A stretch of 38,149 bases of DNA from Coleofasciculus chthonoplastes F2-STO-03 (GCA_040222015.1 JAVJWO010000065.1:1-38149); one strand, 5' to 3'. Counted from the first letter of the stretch, positions 29,601 to 38,149 are shown. Notes: generated by a model from the letters alone, not told the origin. Numbers and translations are program-made.

Positions 29601-29784
29601 GGTTCCCGTAGGGGTCATTTTGCCAAGTCAAGCTATGCTCTTGAGGCTGGATGGTTAGAGAATAGCTTTGAATGGGTGTGCGACAGTGAGGGGATGGATG
29701 TAATCCTAGGGTGTGAGGACCAAGAATAATGGGGCGCTCAAAGTGATAAGCAAGTTGATGATTTAGGCTAACTTTAATGGGCAT
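26632..29784 (-). CDS. Transglutaminase-like protein fused to DUF2126 putative amidoligase
   Basis: Bact_transglu_N region and catalytic triad GSCRD / HAWAEVY / GLDPT, then LTMGGEPT, PDPGVIEVN, TGGGAH, SQSPRVDE, NTHR, LLEFRAF, RYVDSS and YPLTLDLR. Confidence 0.92.
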   Translation of the reverse strand: MPIKVSLNHQLAYHFERPIILGPHTLGLHPSPHCRTPIQSYSLTIQPQEHSLTWQNDPYGNRLARLNFPKPTDTLAIEVDIIAQLQPINPFNFLVEQYAERYPFNYDPQLQKELSPFLDISESGKLLSDWVEENRKNDIYITGFLGAINQQLAQDITHTIRLETGIQSCAETLTQKVGSCRDTAWLLVQILRHYGLAARFVSGYLIQLKEDNPPVDGPPGIEADCADFHAWAEVYLPGGGWIGLDPTSGYLAAEGHIPLVCTPNPEAASPVRGTSEPCQSQLEFAVKVSRHENIASPSKPYTEDQWQQIDSLGKAVDETLHRAGVGLTMGGEPTYVSIDDFESPQWQIAALGDEKRKIAGQLLKRLEARFSEGGGLLHYGLGKWYPGEILPRWALGCYWRSDGTPIWQNREWYAAEGKDYGHTAKQGEIFIQALAKHLGVNPDCIIPAYEHEGDIGGYVLPILPVLKDEQLYWSTCHWRFPDERLNLLVGDSPAGFRLPLNSIDWSEELVQEGIVPLEANPALPSPEFIDSPDNTIRIGLSVEARQGILHIFLPPLTSARSFLDLITAIEETAAKVKTPVLIEGYTPPGNGGIEGFQITPDPGVIEVNIHPAGNWQELVDITTTLYEEARLCRLGTEKYTLDGRRVSTGGGAHITIGGKTPLESPLLRRPDLLRSLISYWQNHPSLSYLFAGLFVGPTSQSPRVDEARHESLYELEIAFQTLQPGEEVAPELVDRLLRNLLVDVTGNTHRTAFCIDKLYPVENYRNQLGLLEFRAFAMPPHWRMSLLQMLLIRALVAWFWEHPYTQKLIRWGTMLHDRFLLPYYIGEDLRQVIRELQEAGYPFKLEWFEPFFEFRFPRYGEINREGVELELRHAIEPWHVLGEETGTGGTARYVDSSMERIQVRLRGAMGHSPNRDNVSSRYQVTCNGYPVQLKSTGIPGDYVGGVRFRAKEYAALLHPSISSHSPLVFDIVDTWIQRSIGGCRYYVNHPNGIIYDKFPVNYREAESRMLERFISEDHTPGIISMPPLSLSPEYPLTLDLRQVNLFKKET

Positions 29785-29827
29785 TGGTCATCCTTTTGTC
29801 ATTCGTCATTTTTCATTCTTAGGGTGT

Positions 29828-30056
29828 GTAGGGGCGGGTTTAGAAATTGAATTTGGCTACCTACCACCAACTTACTTAATTGATAATTTAAGATAATGCC
29901 TAGTCGGTAAGCTGATTAGCAAAATTAGCAAAATTAGATTGATACGTTAAGGCGTAGGTTGGATTAGGGTCTGGAAGTTTAAACCAGAGTGTGTTGGGTT
30001 TCACTGCGTTCAACCCAACCTACGAAATGGCAAAATATGACTTTAACCCAACCTAC
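29828..30056. repeat. Cluster of GTAG REP-like palindromes
   Basis: GTAGGGGCGGGTTT, CGTAGGTTGG..., GTTGGGTTTCACTGCGTTCAACCCAACCTAC and TTAACCCAACCTAC. Confidence 0.65.
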
Positions 30057-30103
30057 AAATTTAAAATCTGTGGTGTGACAGGTTCGGCTGTCCACGATCA
30101 GAT

Positions 30104-30670
30104 TTAATTGAGCTGATGTCCGCAACTTGAACAAAAGCGAGCGCTAGGCGTCAGGGATGAGCCGCATTGAGGGCAAAAGCTTTTGCTGCTTTGAGCCGGA
30201 GATGAAGATGACTTCGGTGATCCCATCCGCATCTCCATATTGCCCATCCGCATTTCCATGGGGTTCATGTTCATTTGCATGTCTCCCATATTCATCGGCT
30301 TCATCGGTTCCATGGGTTTCATTGGTTCCATGGGCTTCATCGGTTCCATTGAAGGCATGGATGAAGCGGGGGTGCTATCGACTTGCTGCACTTGCATTTG
30401 TTGGGAACTAGACGGAGTTCCACTGATTACGCTCATGCTGCTTCCTTGCACTTGGATAAAATGATCTCCTTGCGCTGTAGAAATCTTTAACACCACACCG
30501 TTAGGCGTGCGGAATATCTCCGGCGGTGATGTCCAGTTTCCTGTTTGAAACCCGTTACTGGCTTGTTGCTGCTGTCCTGGACTCCCACTGAGGGTGGTGA
30601 CAACTGTCTGTGTTCCTTGATTATCGAGGTAAACTCTGTGGCCCGTGCCTATCTCGCATACGTAAGCCAT
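30104..30670 (-). CDS. Zinc-ribbon domain protein with Met-rich MEPMKP repeats
   Basis: C-terminal CPQC..CSSC; three MEPMKP repeats; ATG 30670 with GAGGT RBS. Confidence 0.88.
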   Translation of the reverse strand: MAYVCEIGTGHRVYLDNQGTQTVVTTLSGSPGQQQQASNGFQTGNWTSPPEIFRTPNGVVLKISTAQGDHFIQVQGSSMSVISGTPSSSQQMQVQQVDSTPASSMPSMEPMKPMEPMKPMEPMKPMNMGDMQMNMNPMEMRMGNMEMRMGSPKSSSSPAQSSKSFCPQCGSSLTPSARFCSSCGHQLN

Positions 30671-30875
30671 AATAACCTCTCCCAAAAAATTCTCCTTATA
30701 TCATTATTCAGGGAAAGGGCACCATTGATGAAATATCTTAACAATTGTGTTAGATCACATCCCATCAGTCAGTCAGCAGGGGTAAGGCTCGTCTTATGTC
30801 TTATGTCATTCGTCCTTTGTTGACTCCCTCAACTCCCCCAGCGGCCCTCCTCAGTGCGAATCTCCAAGCGGAACC

Positions 30876-31097
30876 TCACTTGCGTTTCTGGGAAACTACC
30901 CCATGTAATGCCACAGTCGAGGTGGTGCGATCGGCGAAAATTGGCTTCTGGGTTCCCAGCATTTCCAGAATCATCTGGAAGTTCTTGGCATCTAAATCAG
31001 CGGTGCGTTCTTGTTCACCATCAGCATAAGTAAACCAAAAGTGACCTTTGTTTTCCAGAGATTTCCACAATGCCTGATAGCTGGTAATTCGTTTCAT
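30876..31097 (-). CDS. Small hypothetical protein, paralogue 1
   Basis: Clear protein similarity to the neighbouring ORF (RITSYQALW..L.NKGHFWFTY.DG..ERT.DLD..NF...L..L.T.KPIF.D). Confidence 0.75.
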   Translation of the reverse strand: MKRITSYQALWKSLENKGHFWFTYADGEQERTADLDAKNFQMILEMLGTQKPIFADRTTSTVALHGVVSQKRK

Positions 31098-31366
31098 CCC
31101 ACCTGCTTCATATCATGTCCGGTTGAATACTTACACGTTGGTACTGCCCAAGGCAGATGGCAGATGGCTCCAGGATTCCAAGATAAATGAGGGAATGAGG
31201 AAATGAGGGCGATAAGGGAGATAGGGAATCTCTCTTTAATGCTTGCACTTAATCGGGGCGGGTTTAGTGGCATCTGGGAGAGGTTAAAAATGATGGTTGT
31301 AAAACCCACCCCTACACAACACTCTCCTTTTTTTTACCTCCCCCATCTTGCCTATCTCTGTTCCAA

Positions 31367-31654
31367 TTATGCCCATGCTCCAGTCTGGATATCATTGTCG
31401 GGCCAATGTACGGCAACAGCAGATGTGGAGTGATCGCCGAAAATCGGCTTATCTGTATCTAAGATATCGAGCATGATTCGGAAATTGTCTACATCTAAAT
31501 CTTCCGTGCGTTCTCTATCGCCATCAAAATAGGTAAACCAAAAGTGACCTTTATTATCCAGGGGTCTCCACAGTGCCTGATAACTGGTAATCCGTCTCAT
31601 TTGCATTTCATGTTTTTTCATATCTGGCTGACTTTGAGTGCTTTTACTTTCCAT
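31367..31654 (-). CDS. Small hypothetical protein, paralogue 2 (start at 31654, 31621 or 31600)
   Basis: Paralogous to 30876..31097; the alignment starts at the Met at 31600. Confidence 0.75.
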   Translation of the reverse strand: MESKSTQSQPDMKKHEMQMRRITSYQALWRPLDNKGHFWFTYFDGDRERTEDLDVDNFRIMLDILDTDKPIFGDHSTSAVAVHWPDNDIQTGAWA

Positions 31655-32057
31655 CGTTGACAGATGCCCCTGTTGCGTTTTAGTTCTAATTATGTACTTA
31701 TGTTTCGATTTTACGCTAAAGCTGAGGAGGCGATTGAAATCGCGGCTAAACAAACAAAGTCCGCCTGCGCGGACTAAATTATAGCGGGGGTAGCTAACCC
31801 GGATTTGGTATCACTATGCCAAGGGCGCATCGCTATGCGCCCCTACCTGTCCGATTAATGTTGGTCAATCACGCCCCATACTTGCGTAATCGTCCCGCAT
31901 GTGCGAACGCTAACCCGATCAACTGCACCCCAGGACGCAATCCTAACATCCCCCGCCCACAAGCATATTCATCAAATGGGGAAGGCATCGGTTTCCTTAA
32001 ACGTTAGCAGTGGATGTTGTCGCGGATGTAGCGGATGTTCACCGGGAGTGTCCAACC

Positions 32058-32447
32058 TTAGTTTATTTTATCTGCGATCGCGTACCGTTTCCATCTCCTT
32101 TCTGATTCAATGTTTAAAGTCCCTGGATATGGAAATTTTCCAAGATGACTTGAAACCCTTCCCATTCCGGTGACGCACACATTACACCCACCAGAACGGT
32201 TTCTGCTGCTGTTAAATACGCCAATCTGATAGTCAAAAGCAATGCCTTCGTAATCAAAGACAAAATCAACGTATGATGTTGCTGATTCTAGTTCATCTAA
32301 GCTAACTACTTCTTTGCCAACACCTGTTAATATACTTGTGATTGAACTTAGCTCATCATCCGTTACCTCAAAAAATAAATATCCTCCCCCATAATTTTCC
32401 AATTCAAATCCAAACTCGGCATAATCATAAAAAAGGATGTAAGACAT
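32058..32447 (-). CDS. Hypothetical acidic, aromatic-rich protein (AT-rich)
   Basis: Open frame from ATG 32447, 8 nt downstream of the serine hydrolase stop. The first ~80 aa look protein-like and the tail looks like read-through. Confidence 0.4.
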   Translation of the reverse strand: MSYILFYDYAEFGFELENYGGGYLFFEVTDDELSSITSILTGVGKEVVSLDELESATSYVDFVFDYEGIAFDYQIGVFNSSRNRSGGCNVCVTGMGRVSSHLGKFPYPGTLNIESERRWKRYAIADKIN

Positions 32448-32454
32448 AAGAAAA

Positions 32455-34041
32455 TTACAACATTGTCCCTTGCAAACCAATCAGTAATCCACTCACCATC
32501 ATGGCAGGTGTGCTAATCGGCATGGAGTTGAGACTTGGTGTGACTGTTGGTTTATGGAAATAGTCATAAACGGTGCGGGAAAGATTGCGAATTAACTCCG
32601 AGGCGCTAGCATCATTGTGGGGACGTTTCACCAAGGTGACGATGAGATACCGTTTGCCTGTAGGCATATCCACAATACCCACATCTCCCAACACTGAACC
32701 AATATCCCCCGTTTTATGGGCAACCGTCGCCCCTGAACCCAATCCTTGAGGAATTAGGGAATTATTTACGGTACGCTGCATGATATCCAATAAACGATCG
32801 CGCGATCGCAGGCTCAATAATCCCCCTTGATTCACCTTATACAATAAGTTTGCCATGTCTCTGGCATTTGTGGTATTCGTTCCGTCTAAATCCGGTAAGG
32901 GGTTATTGATTGCCGTTGCAGTTAATCCCCAGGAGATGAACCGTTGATTCAGGGCTTGGATACCGCCGAGGCGATGAATAATCATATTGGTGGCGGTATT
33001 ATCGCTAATCGTAATCATCTTGGTTGCCACTTCTAAGGCGCTATACTGCGTCCCAGGTTTTTGATATTGCATGTCCCCTGAACCTTTGGCGATCATTTCC
33101 GGTTCCATGGTTAGGGGTTCATCTAAGCGAATTTTGCCCGCATCAACCTCTTGAAAAAATGCTACCAGAATCGGGACTTTAATCGTGCTAGCGGCGGGAA
33201 AGATAGAGTGACTTTCCCAGTCTAAATAGGCACCGGTATCCAAATCCACCACAAAAACACCCGGTTGCAATTTCGGATTTTTGGCGACTAAGGTTTGGAC
33301 TTGGGCTTTCAGGGGGGAGATTTCTTGGCGCAATGGGAGTACTGGGGTAATGCTTTGATTCGTCGGGCTTTCTTGAGGGTTTTCTTCCGCCGCCTCACTC
33401 GATCGCATCGACATTTTGCTAGTGGGATCTAATACTGATAATAGAGTACCTGCGATCGCGCCAATGCCAACGCCGAGAATCAATAGGCGGATAACGTGAA
33501 TCCATATACCCGTAGAGCGTTTGGGGGAACGCCGACTACGCCGGGATTTCCTCGTCTGGGCGGGTTGAGAACGAGAGGATTGACGCTTGGGTTTAACCTC
33601 TGGTGGAGTCGAGACAGTTGAACGCCGCTTTTGCCGACGTGAATTCTTTTCCTGACGTGGGTTCAAGGGTTGGGATAAGGGGGTTGCAGCCGGAGGGCGA
33701 TGAATCCGACGATTTCCCAGAGGCGTTTCTCTGATGGGTATCCCGTTAATCGTCCGCAGTTTAGGTAGCTTCAGATTGGGGTAAATCGAGGATTCACTAG
33801 GATTCTGGGTAGAGCGGTTGAGGGGTAAGGGTTGGGGGCGGCTGGAATGGGCAGAATTCGGTGGAACCGCCCGCAGACGGCGTGTTGAGGGGGCATGATT
33901 CTGTTCTAAGGGCAAGGTTTGTCGAAGGCGACGTTGACGAGACACCCGACGAGAACGATAGATTCGTCGTGATTCGGACTCGTTGCGATTGGGTTTATAC
34001 GGATTGCCCCTAGACACTGCCACTGAAAATACCTCCAACAC
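32455..34041 (-). CDS. Serine hydrolase, class A beta-lactamase-like (cyanobacterial PBP-A type), with Arg-rich disordered N-terminus and TM anchor; start uncertain
   Basis: SxxK (ASTIK), SDN (ISDNTA) and KTG (HKTGD) motifs; TM helix IRLLILGVGIGAIAGTLL. Confidence 0.9.
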   Translation of the reverse strand: MLEVFSVAVSRGNPYKPNRNESESRRIYRSRRVSRQRRLRQTLPLEQNHAPSTRRLRAVPPNSAHSSRPQPLPLNRSTQNPSESSIYPNLKLPKLRTINGIPIRETPLGNRRIHRPPAATPLSQPLNPRQEKNSRRQKRRSTVSTPPEVKPKRQSSRSQPAQTRKSRRSRRSPKRSTGIWIHVIRLLILGVGIGAIAGTLLSVLDPTSKMSMRSSEAAEENPQESPTNQSITPVLPLRQEISPLKAQVQTLVAKNPKLQPGVFVVDLDTGAYLDWESHSIFPAASTIKVPILVAFFQEVDAGKIRLDEPLTMEPEMIAKGSGDMQYQKPGTQYSALEVATKMITISDNTATNMIIHRLGGIQALNQRFISWGLTATAINNPLPDLDGTNTTNARDMANLLYKVNQGGLLSLRSRDRLLDIMQRTVNNSLIPQGLGSGATVAHKTGDIGSVLGDVGIVDMPTGKRYLIVTLVKRPHNDASASELIRNLSRTVYDYFHKPTVTPSLNSMPISTPAMMVSGLLIGLQGTML

Positions 34042-34152
34042 AACTCACGTCTAAATCCTTACTCATGAAGCCGTCATCAAGATAGTCCTGACGATGTGAA
34101 CCTGGCTATTGTCACAATTTATCGACTGAAAGTCTATATTCTAAGACAGCCT

Positions 34153-34941
34153 CTAGGATTCTGAATTATTTTGTTCTGATCTCGGCATAAATTGTACCGC
34201 CCATTCTGTCTGACGGAGAATACCTCTAAGCATGGAGACTTCCTCTGGAGTCAGCATAGCGCGGTAATACAGGCGTCTGAACTTTTCCATGCGGGATGTC
34301 GCGGTGTGAGGATGTAAATAGCCAATCTTTAATAATACAGCTTCTAAGTGTTGGAAGTAAGCCTCTATTGCATCTAAGGAGGCGGTGGTATGTAGAGACG
34401 TGCCATGGCGCGTCTGGAGAGCTTGTAGAGACGTGCCATGGCACGTCTGGGGAGGTGGGGAAGCGAGTTGAAACAGTTCATAACAGCAAACTGCCACCGC
34501 CTGAGCTAAATTTAACGAGGGATACTCTGGATTGGCGGGAATACAGACAAATCGCTGGGCATAGTTGAGTTCCTCATTGCTCAACCCCCGATCTTCAGGT
34601 CCAAAAATCAGGGCAGAGGTGATATCATCCGCCAATAACCAGTTTAATGCCGAGCGTGGTGGTTCCAGAGTCGTCGGTAAATGACGAGTACGAGCAGTGG
34701 TTGCGATCGCACGTTGACATCCCTGTAACGCCTCAGGTAACATTGCCACCTGTTGGGCTGATTCTAAAACATCGACACCATGAACTGCCATCTGCCGCGC
34801 TTCTGATGCCCTTGGATTACAATGGGGATTGACCAGCCATAACTGGTTCAAGCCCATATTTTTCATCACCCGGGCAACTGATCCGATGTTCAAAGCACCT
34901 GCGGGTTCAACTAAGATAATTCGTATATTCGCTAATGTCAT
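34153..34941 (-). CDS. trmJ: tRNA/rRNA SPOUT methyltransferase, TrmJ/LasT family
   Basis: ILVEP..NIGSVARVMKNMG, FGPEDRGLSNEEL, SLNLAQAV and C-terminal E..MLRGIL motifs. Confidence 0.9.
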   Translation of the reverse strand: MTLANIRIILVEPAGALNIGSVARVMKNMGLNQLWLVNPHCNPRASEARQMAVHGVDVLESAQQVAMLPEALQGCQRAIATTARTRHLPTTLEPPRSALNWLLADDITSALIFGPEDRGLSNEELNYAQRFVCIPANPEYPSLNLAQAVAVCCYELFQLASPPPQTCHGTSLQALQTRHGTSLHTTASLDAIEAYFQHLEAVLLKIGYLHPHTATSRMEKFRRLYYRAMLTPEEVSMLRGILRQTEWAVQFMPRSEQNNSES

Positions 34942-35112
34942 GTCTTGTCTAGGTGTCTATTTTTGGCTAATTTACTGCCTTTTGTCTCATTTTCGGATAT
35001 TGTCCTCCACAAAACCATCTCAACCCGCTTTTCCCATCGTTCTATTCCCTCTCTTTAGTCCACCTTTCTTAATTATTTATACTGACTGCATATTGGTCAA
35101 TTATTCTGACTA

Positions 35113-35253
35113 AGTAGGTTGGTGGAAATAAACTTAACTGGATTAAGTTATGTAAACAAGTCTCAAACCCTTACTGTTCCCTGTTCCCTGTTCCCTGTTC
35201 CCTGTTCCCTGTTCCCTAATCTCTACCGCTAACTTTAATTGTGTCCACCTACT
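35113..35253. mobile_element. MITE-like element carrying a (CTGTTCC)n STRR array
   Basis: Imperfect terminal inverted repeats AGTAGGTTGGTGGAAATAAA / TTTAATTGTGTCCACCTACT; about six heptamers at 35174-35217. Confidence 0.65.
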
Positions 35254-35596
35254 GATAGGTCTAATCACTTGATAGAGCTTAGATTCAGCAGCGCTGATAC
35301 GCTTTATTCTACTTTGGCTTTATAAAGTCTTCATAATAGAACCAAAAATTCTTTATGAAGATTTAGTAAACTACCCTCGCTGCCACCTGTCATTTTTAAA
35401 TTCTTGTTCTATTAATAGATATAGAGGGTGTAATTGTTTTTTGCCAATCTAGAAACAGGAGCAAAAATTGTTTATCTTATTTGCTTGGAGAAGAATAAAA
35501 AATCAACAATCACTACACAACTCTCTTCTTTCCTAACCCTGCTGAAAACCACCAGAAAACGATTGTAATTCACCCACTATTCTCGGAGATTGAATA

Positions 35597-38149
35597 ATGT
35601 CACAACAGCTAATTGTTACCAACACACAAGACAATGGCGCGGGTTCTTTACGAGAAGCACTGACTTTAGCGCAATCAGGAGACACGATTAAATTCAGTTC
35701 CAGTATCGCCGGAGACACCATTACCCTAACCACTGGTCAACTGGAAATTAGCCCAGGGAAAGATATCACCATTGATGGGGCGGACGCTCCCGGTTTAACC
35801 ATTAGCGGGAACAATCAATCCCGCATTTTTTATGTCAACTCGAATCAAGATTTCAACGCCAGCCTGACCTTAAGAAACCTTAATCTCATCGACGGGTATA
35901 CCGCTGAACAAGGTGGCGCGATTGAAATCACTCATCAAGGCGCATTAACGGTCGACAATGTTCAGTTTCAGAACAATGTCGCCGATAACGGTGGCGGCGC
36001 AATCTACAGCGCCTGGGAAACCGATTTAATCGTTAACGCCAGCACCTTTGATAATAATAAAGCCGTTGCCGGAAATGATGAACGCGGTGCGGGTGCGATT
36101 GCCTTTGTCAGTCCCGGAGAAATCACTATCACTAATAGTGAATTTACCAATAACCAAGGAATTAACGGCGGGGCAATTAATAGTCTTCAAGGCAAGTTAA
36201 CCATTGAAAACTCTACGTTCCTCAACAACGACACCACCGCCGCATTTTACGATACGGGAAACAATAATCCATTCTTGAGAGGTTACGGTGGCGCCATTTA
36301 CACAGACCGCGCCAGTAGTGGAAGTGATGAAACCTCTGGCACTATTCAGATTATTGATAGTGTCTTTGAAGGAAATAAAGGTCGCGGGGAAGGCGGTGCG
36401 GCTTACCTGTATACAGGGACACAGGACAATGTAATTATTGAAGGCAGCCTCTTTGAAAATAACGAAGTTTTAGCACTCCCCAATGGCGGAAATAAGGGGA
36501 ATGGAGGTGCCGTTGTTCAACTCAGCAATGGACTCAACAAAGGTTTAGTTATTCGCGACACAACTTTTGCCAATAATACAGCTGCCCATCAGGGCGGTGG
36601 TTTATGGACGTATGACGCCCCGGCTCAAATTATTAACAGCACGTTTTCCGGGAATCAAACCACAGGCGATACATCGGGAAGTGTCGGTGGTGGAATGACG
36701 TTATACAGTCCCACGGAAATTATTGATTCGACAATTGCCTACAATAACGCAAGCTGGGTTGGTGGCGGTGTATCAATAAGTCAGAATGCCGATGTCAGCG
36801 TTCAGAATACCATTTTTTACGAAAATACAGCTGATAATGGCACAAATGATTGGGGTATTCAGCAACACACGAGTAGAGAATTAATTGACAATGGTGGGAA
36901 TTACCAATATCCACCCAAGTTGACCAATAATTGGAACGATTATAACGCAACTGCCACGATTACAATACTTGATGCCCAACTTGAACCTTTGCAGGATAAT
37001 GGCGGTCTAGTTCCGACACATCTTGTGGGGAATCCAGATATAACAGCAGGGGCTTTCTTTGAAGATTCTGGCTCAACGGGGAATGGGAACAATGACCCCA
37101 CCTTAGTCTCTCCCATCGCTGACCAAAATGTTGAAGCCGAAGACTCCTTTAGCTTAGATATCACCAATAACTTTAGTGATGTGGATGGGGATAATTTAAC
37201 CTACTCTGCCACATTATCAGATGGAACAGCGCTACCTGATTGGTTAACTTTTAACTCCCAGACAGGTACATTCAGCGGTACACCCGATACAGGTGATGAA
37301 ACTCAACTGAATATTTTGGTCACAGCATCGGATGGACAAGGGGGTACACAAACTGATGGGTTTGAGTTAGATATCACTCCTGCACCTGTGGTAAACAATG
37401 ACCCCACATTAGTTTCTGCCATCGCTGACCAAACTGTTGAAGCGGAAGACGCCTTCAGTTTAAATATCACCAATAACTTTACTGATGTGGATGGCGATAG
37501 TTTAACCTACAGCGCCACATTAGCAGATGGAAATGACCTTCCTTCCTGGTTAACTTTTAACTCCCAGACAGGTACATTCAGCGGTACACCCGATACAGGT
37601 GATGAAACTCAACTGAATATTTTGGTCACAGCATCAGATGGACAAGGGGGTACACAAACCGATGGGTTTGAGTTAGATATCACTCCTGCACCTGTAGTGA
37701 ATAATGACCCCACCTTAGTCTCTGCCATTGCTGACCAAACGGTTGAAGCAGAAGACTCCTTTAGTTTGGATATCACCAATAACTTTACTGATGTAGATGG
37801 CGATAATCTAACCTACAGCGCCACATTAGAAGATGGAACAGCGCTACCTGATTGGTTAACTTTTGACTCCGAAACAGGTACATTCAGCGGTACACCTGAT
37901 GCAAGGGATGAAACTCAACTGAATATTTTGGTCACAGCATCGGATGGACAAGGGGGTACACAAACCGATGGGTTTGAGTTAGATATCACTCCTGCACCTG
38001 TAGTCAACAATGACCCCACCTTAGTCTCTGCCATTGCTGACCAAAATGTTGAAGCCGAAGACTCCTTCAGTTTAGATATCACCAATAACTTTACTGATGT
38101 AGATGGCGATAATCTAACCTACAGCGCCACATTAGCAGATGGAAACGCC
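35597..38149 (+). CDS. Large surface/adhesin protein (partial): Pmp-like GGAI beta-helix followed by tandem putative Ig (He_PIG/CADG cadherin-like) domains
   Basis: Not in the ORF track. ATG 35597 with GGAG RBS reads MSQQLIVTNTQDNGAGSLREAL..., then repeated GGAI/FxxN motifs and NNDPT..IADQ..FSDVDGD.LTYSATL.DG..LP.WLTF...TGTFSGTP repeats. Open to the window end. Confidence 0.92.
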   Translation, partial: MSQQLIVTNTQDNGAGSLREALTLAQSGDTIKFSSSIAGDTITLTTGQLEISPGKDITIDGADAPGLTISGNNQSRIFYVNSNQDFNASLTLRNLNLIDGYTAEQGGAIEITHQGALTVDNVQFQNNVADNGGGAIYSAWETDLIVNASTFDNNKAVAGNDERGAGAIAFVSPGEITITNSEFTNNQGINGGAINSLQGKLTIENSTFLNNDTTAAFYDTGNNNPFLRGYGGAIYTDRASSGSDETSGTIQIIDSVFEGNKGRGEGGAAYLYTGTQDNVIIEGSLFENNEVLALPNGGNKGNGGAVVQLSNGLNKGLVIRDTTFANNTAAHQGGGLWTYDAPAQIINSTFSGNQTTGDTSGSVGGGMTLYSPTEIIDSTIAYNNASWVGGGVSISQNADVSVQNTIFYENTADNGTNDWGIQQHTSRELIDNGGNYQYPPKLTNNWNDYNATATITILDAQLEPLQDNGGLVPTHLVGNPDITAGAFFEDSGSTGNGNNDPTLVSPIADQNVEAEDSFSLDITNNFSDVDGDNLTYSATLSDGTALPDWLTFNSQTGTFSGTPDTGDETQLNILVTASDGQGGTQTDGFELDITPAPVVNNDPTLVSAIADQTVEAEDAFSLNITNNFTDVDGDSLTYSATLADGNDLPSWLTFNSQTGTFSGTPDTGDETQLNILVTASDGQGGTQTDGFELDITPAPVVNNDPTLVSAIADQTVEAEDSFSLDITNNFTDVDGDNLTYSATLEDGTALPDWLTFDSETGTFSGTPDARDETQLNILVTASDGQGGTQTDGFELDITPAPVVNNDPTLVSAIADQNVEAEDSFSLDITNNFTDVDGDNLTYSATLADGNA
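37088..38149 (+). repeat. 306-bp (102-aa) intragenic tandem repeats, three complete plus a partial fourth
   Basis: Unit starts at 37088, 37394, 37700 and 38006, with high nucleotide identity. Confidence 0.95.

Larger units (their letters stand above)
1904..34710. repeat. Dispersed HIP1 octamers (GCGATCGC)
   Basis: At least 15 copies seen, e.g. near 1904, 2704, 4644, 4792, 6604, 10978, 11603, 14426, 17803, 21598, 23032, 33452 and 34703. Confidence 0.9.

Noticed and set aside
31868..31987. Minus-strand 39-aa ORF with MLGLRPGVQLIGLAF, faintly like a class I glutamine amidotransferase nucleophile elbow
   Set aside because: It is short, lacks the catalytic Cys and has no other GATase motifs; this could be chance.
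32455..34041. Beta-lactam resistance gene
   Set aside because: It is membrane-anchored with a long N-terminus and has an omega-loop region (LPDLDG) lacking an evident class A Glu166 motif; this is typical of housekeeping cyanobacterial PBP-A-like proteins.
37088..38149. CRISPR or non-coding repeat array
   Set aside because: The units are 306 bp, in frame and without spacers; they are protein domain repeats. No CRISPR array was seen anywhere in the window.

Overview
38 kb of a filamentous cyanobacterial chromosome. HIP1 octamers (GCGATCGC), heptameric STRR repeats, GTAG-type REP palindromes and Uma2 paralogues are all abundant; a Coleofasciculus/Microcoleus-like organism is my inference. Left to right: a decayed IS607 (tnpA/tnpB) remnant, a PEP-CTERM protein, xfp-ackA, and a minus-strand cluster of alpha-oxoamine synthase (SPT-like), bCerS-like GNAT N-acyltransferase and extended-SDR reductase split by four Uma2 genes. 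Next come the conserved rbcR/ycf30 - nnrU(Z-ISO) - trxC - ndhF1 - ndhD1 block and a ~1,680-aa polymorphic-toxin-like protein with HEAT-repeat and YbjN partners. Then an orphan transglutaminase/DUF2126 amidoligase, a Met-rich zinc-ribbon protein, twin small paralogues, a class A beta-lactamase-like serine hydrolase and trmJ. Last is a large beta-helix/cadherin-like surface protein that is missing from the ORF track because it runs off the right end. The best candidate for an undescribed system is the SPT/bCerS/reductase trio, a possible ceramide-like or other amino-lipid pathway in a cyanobacterium. The toxin-immunity-chaperone module is second. Family calls come from motif recognition only; no database searches were run.
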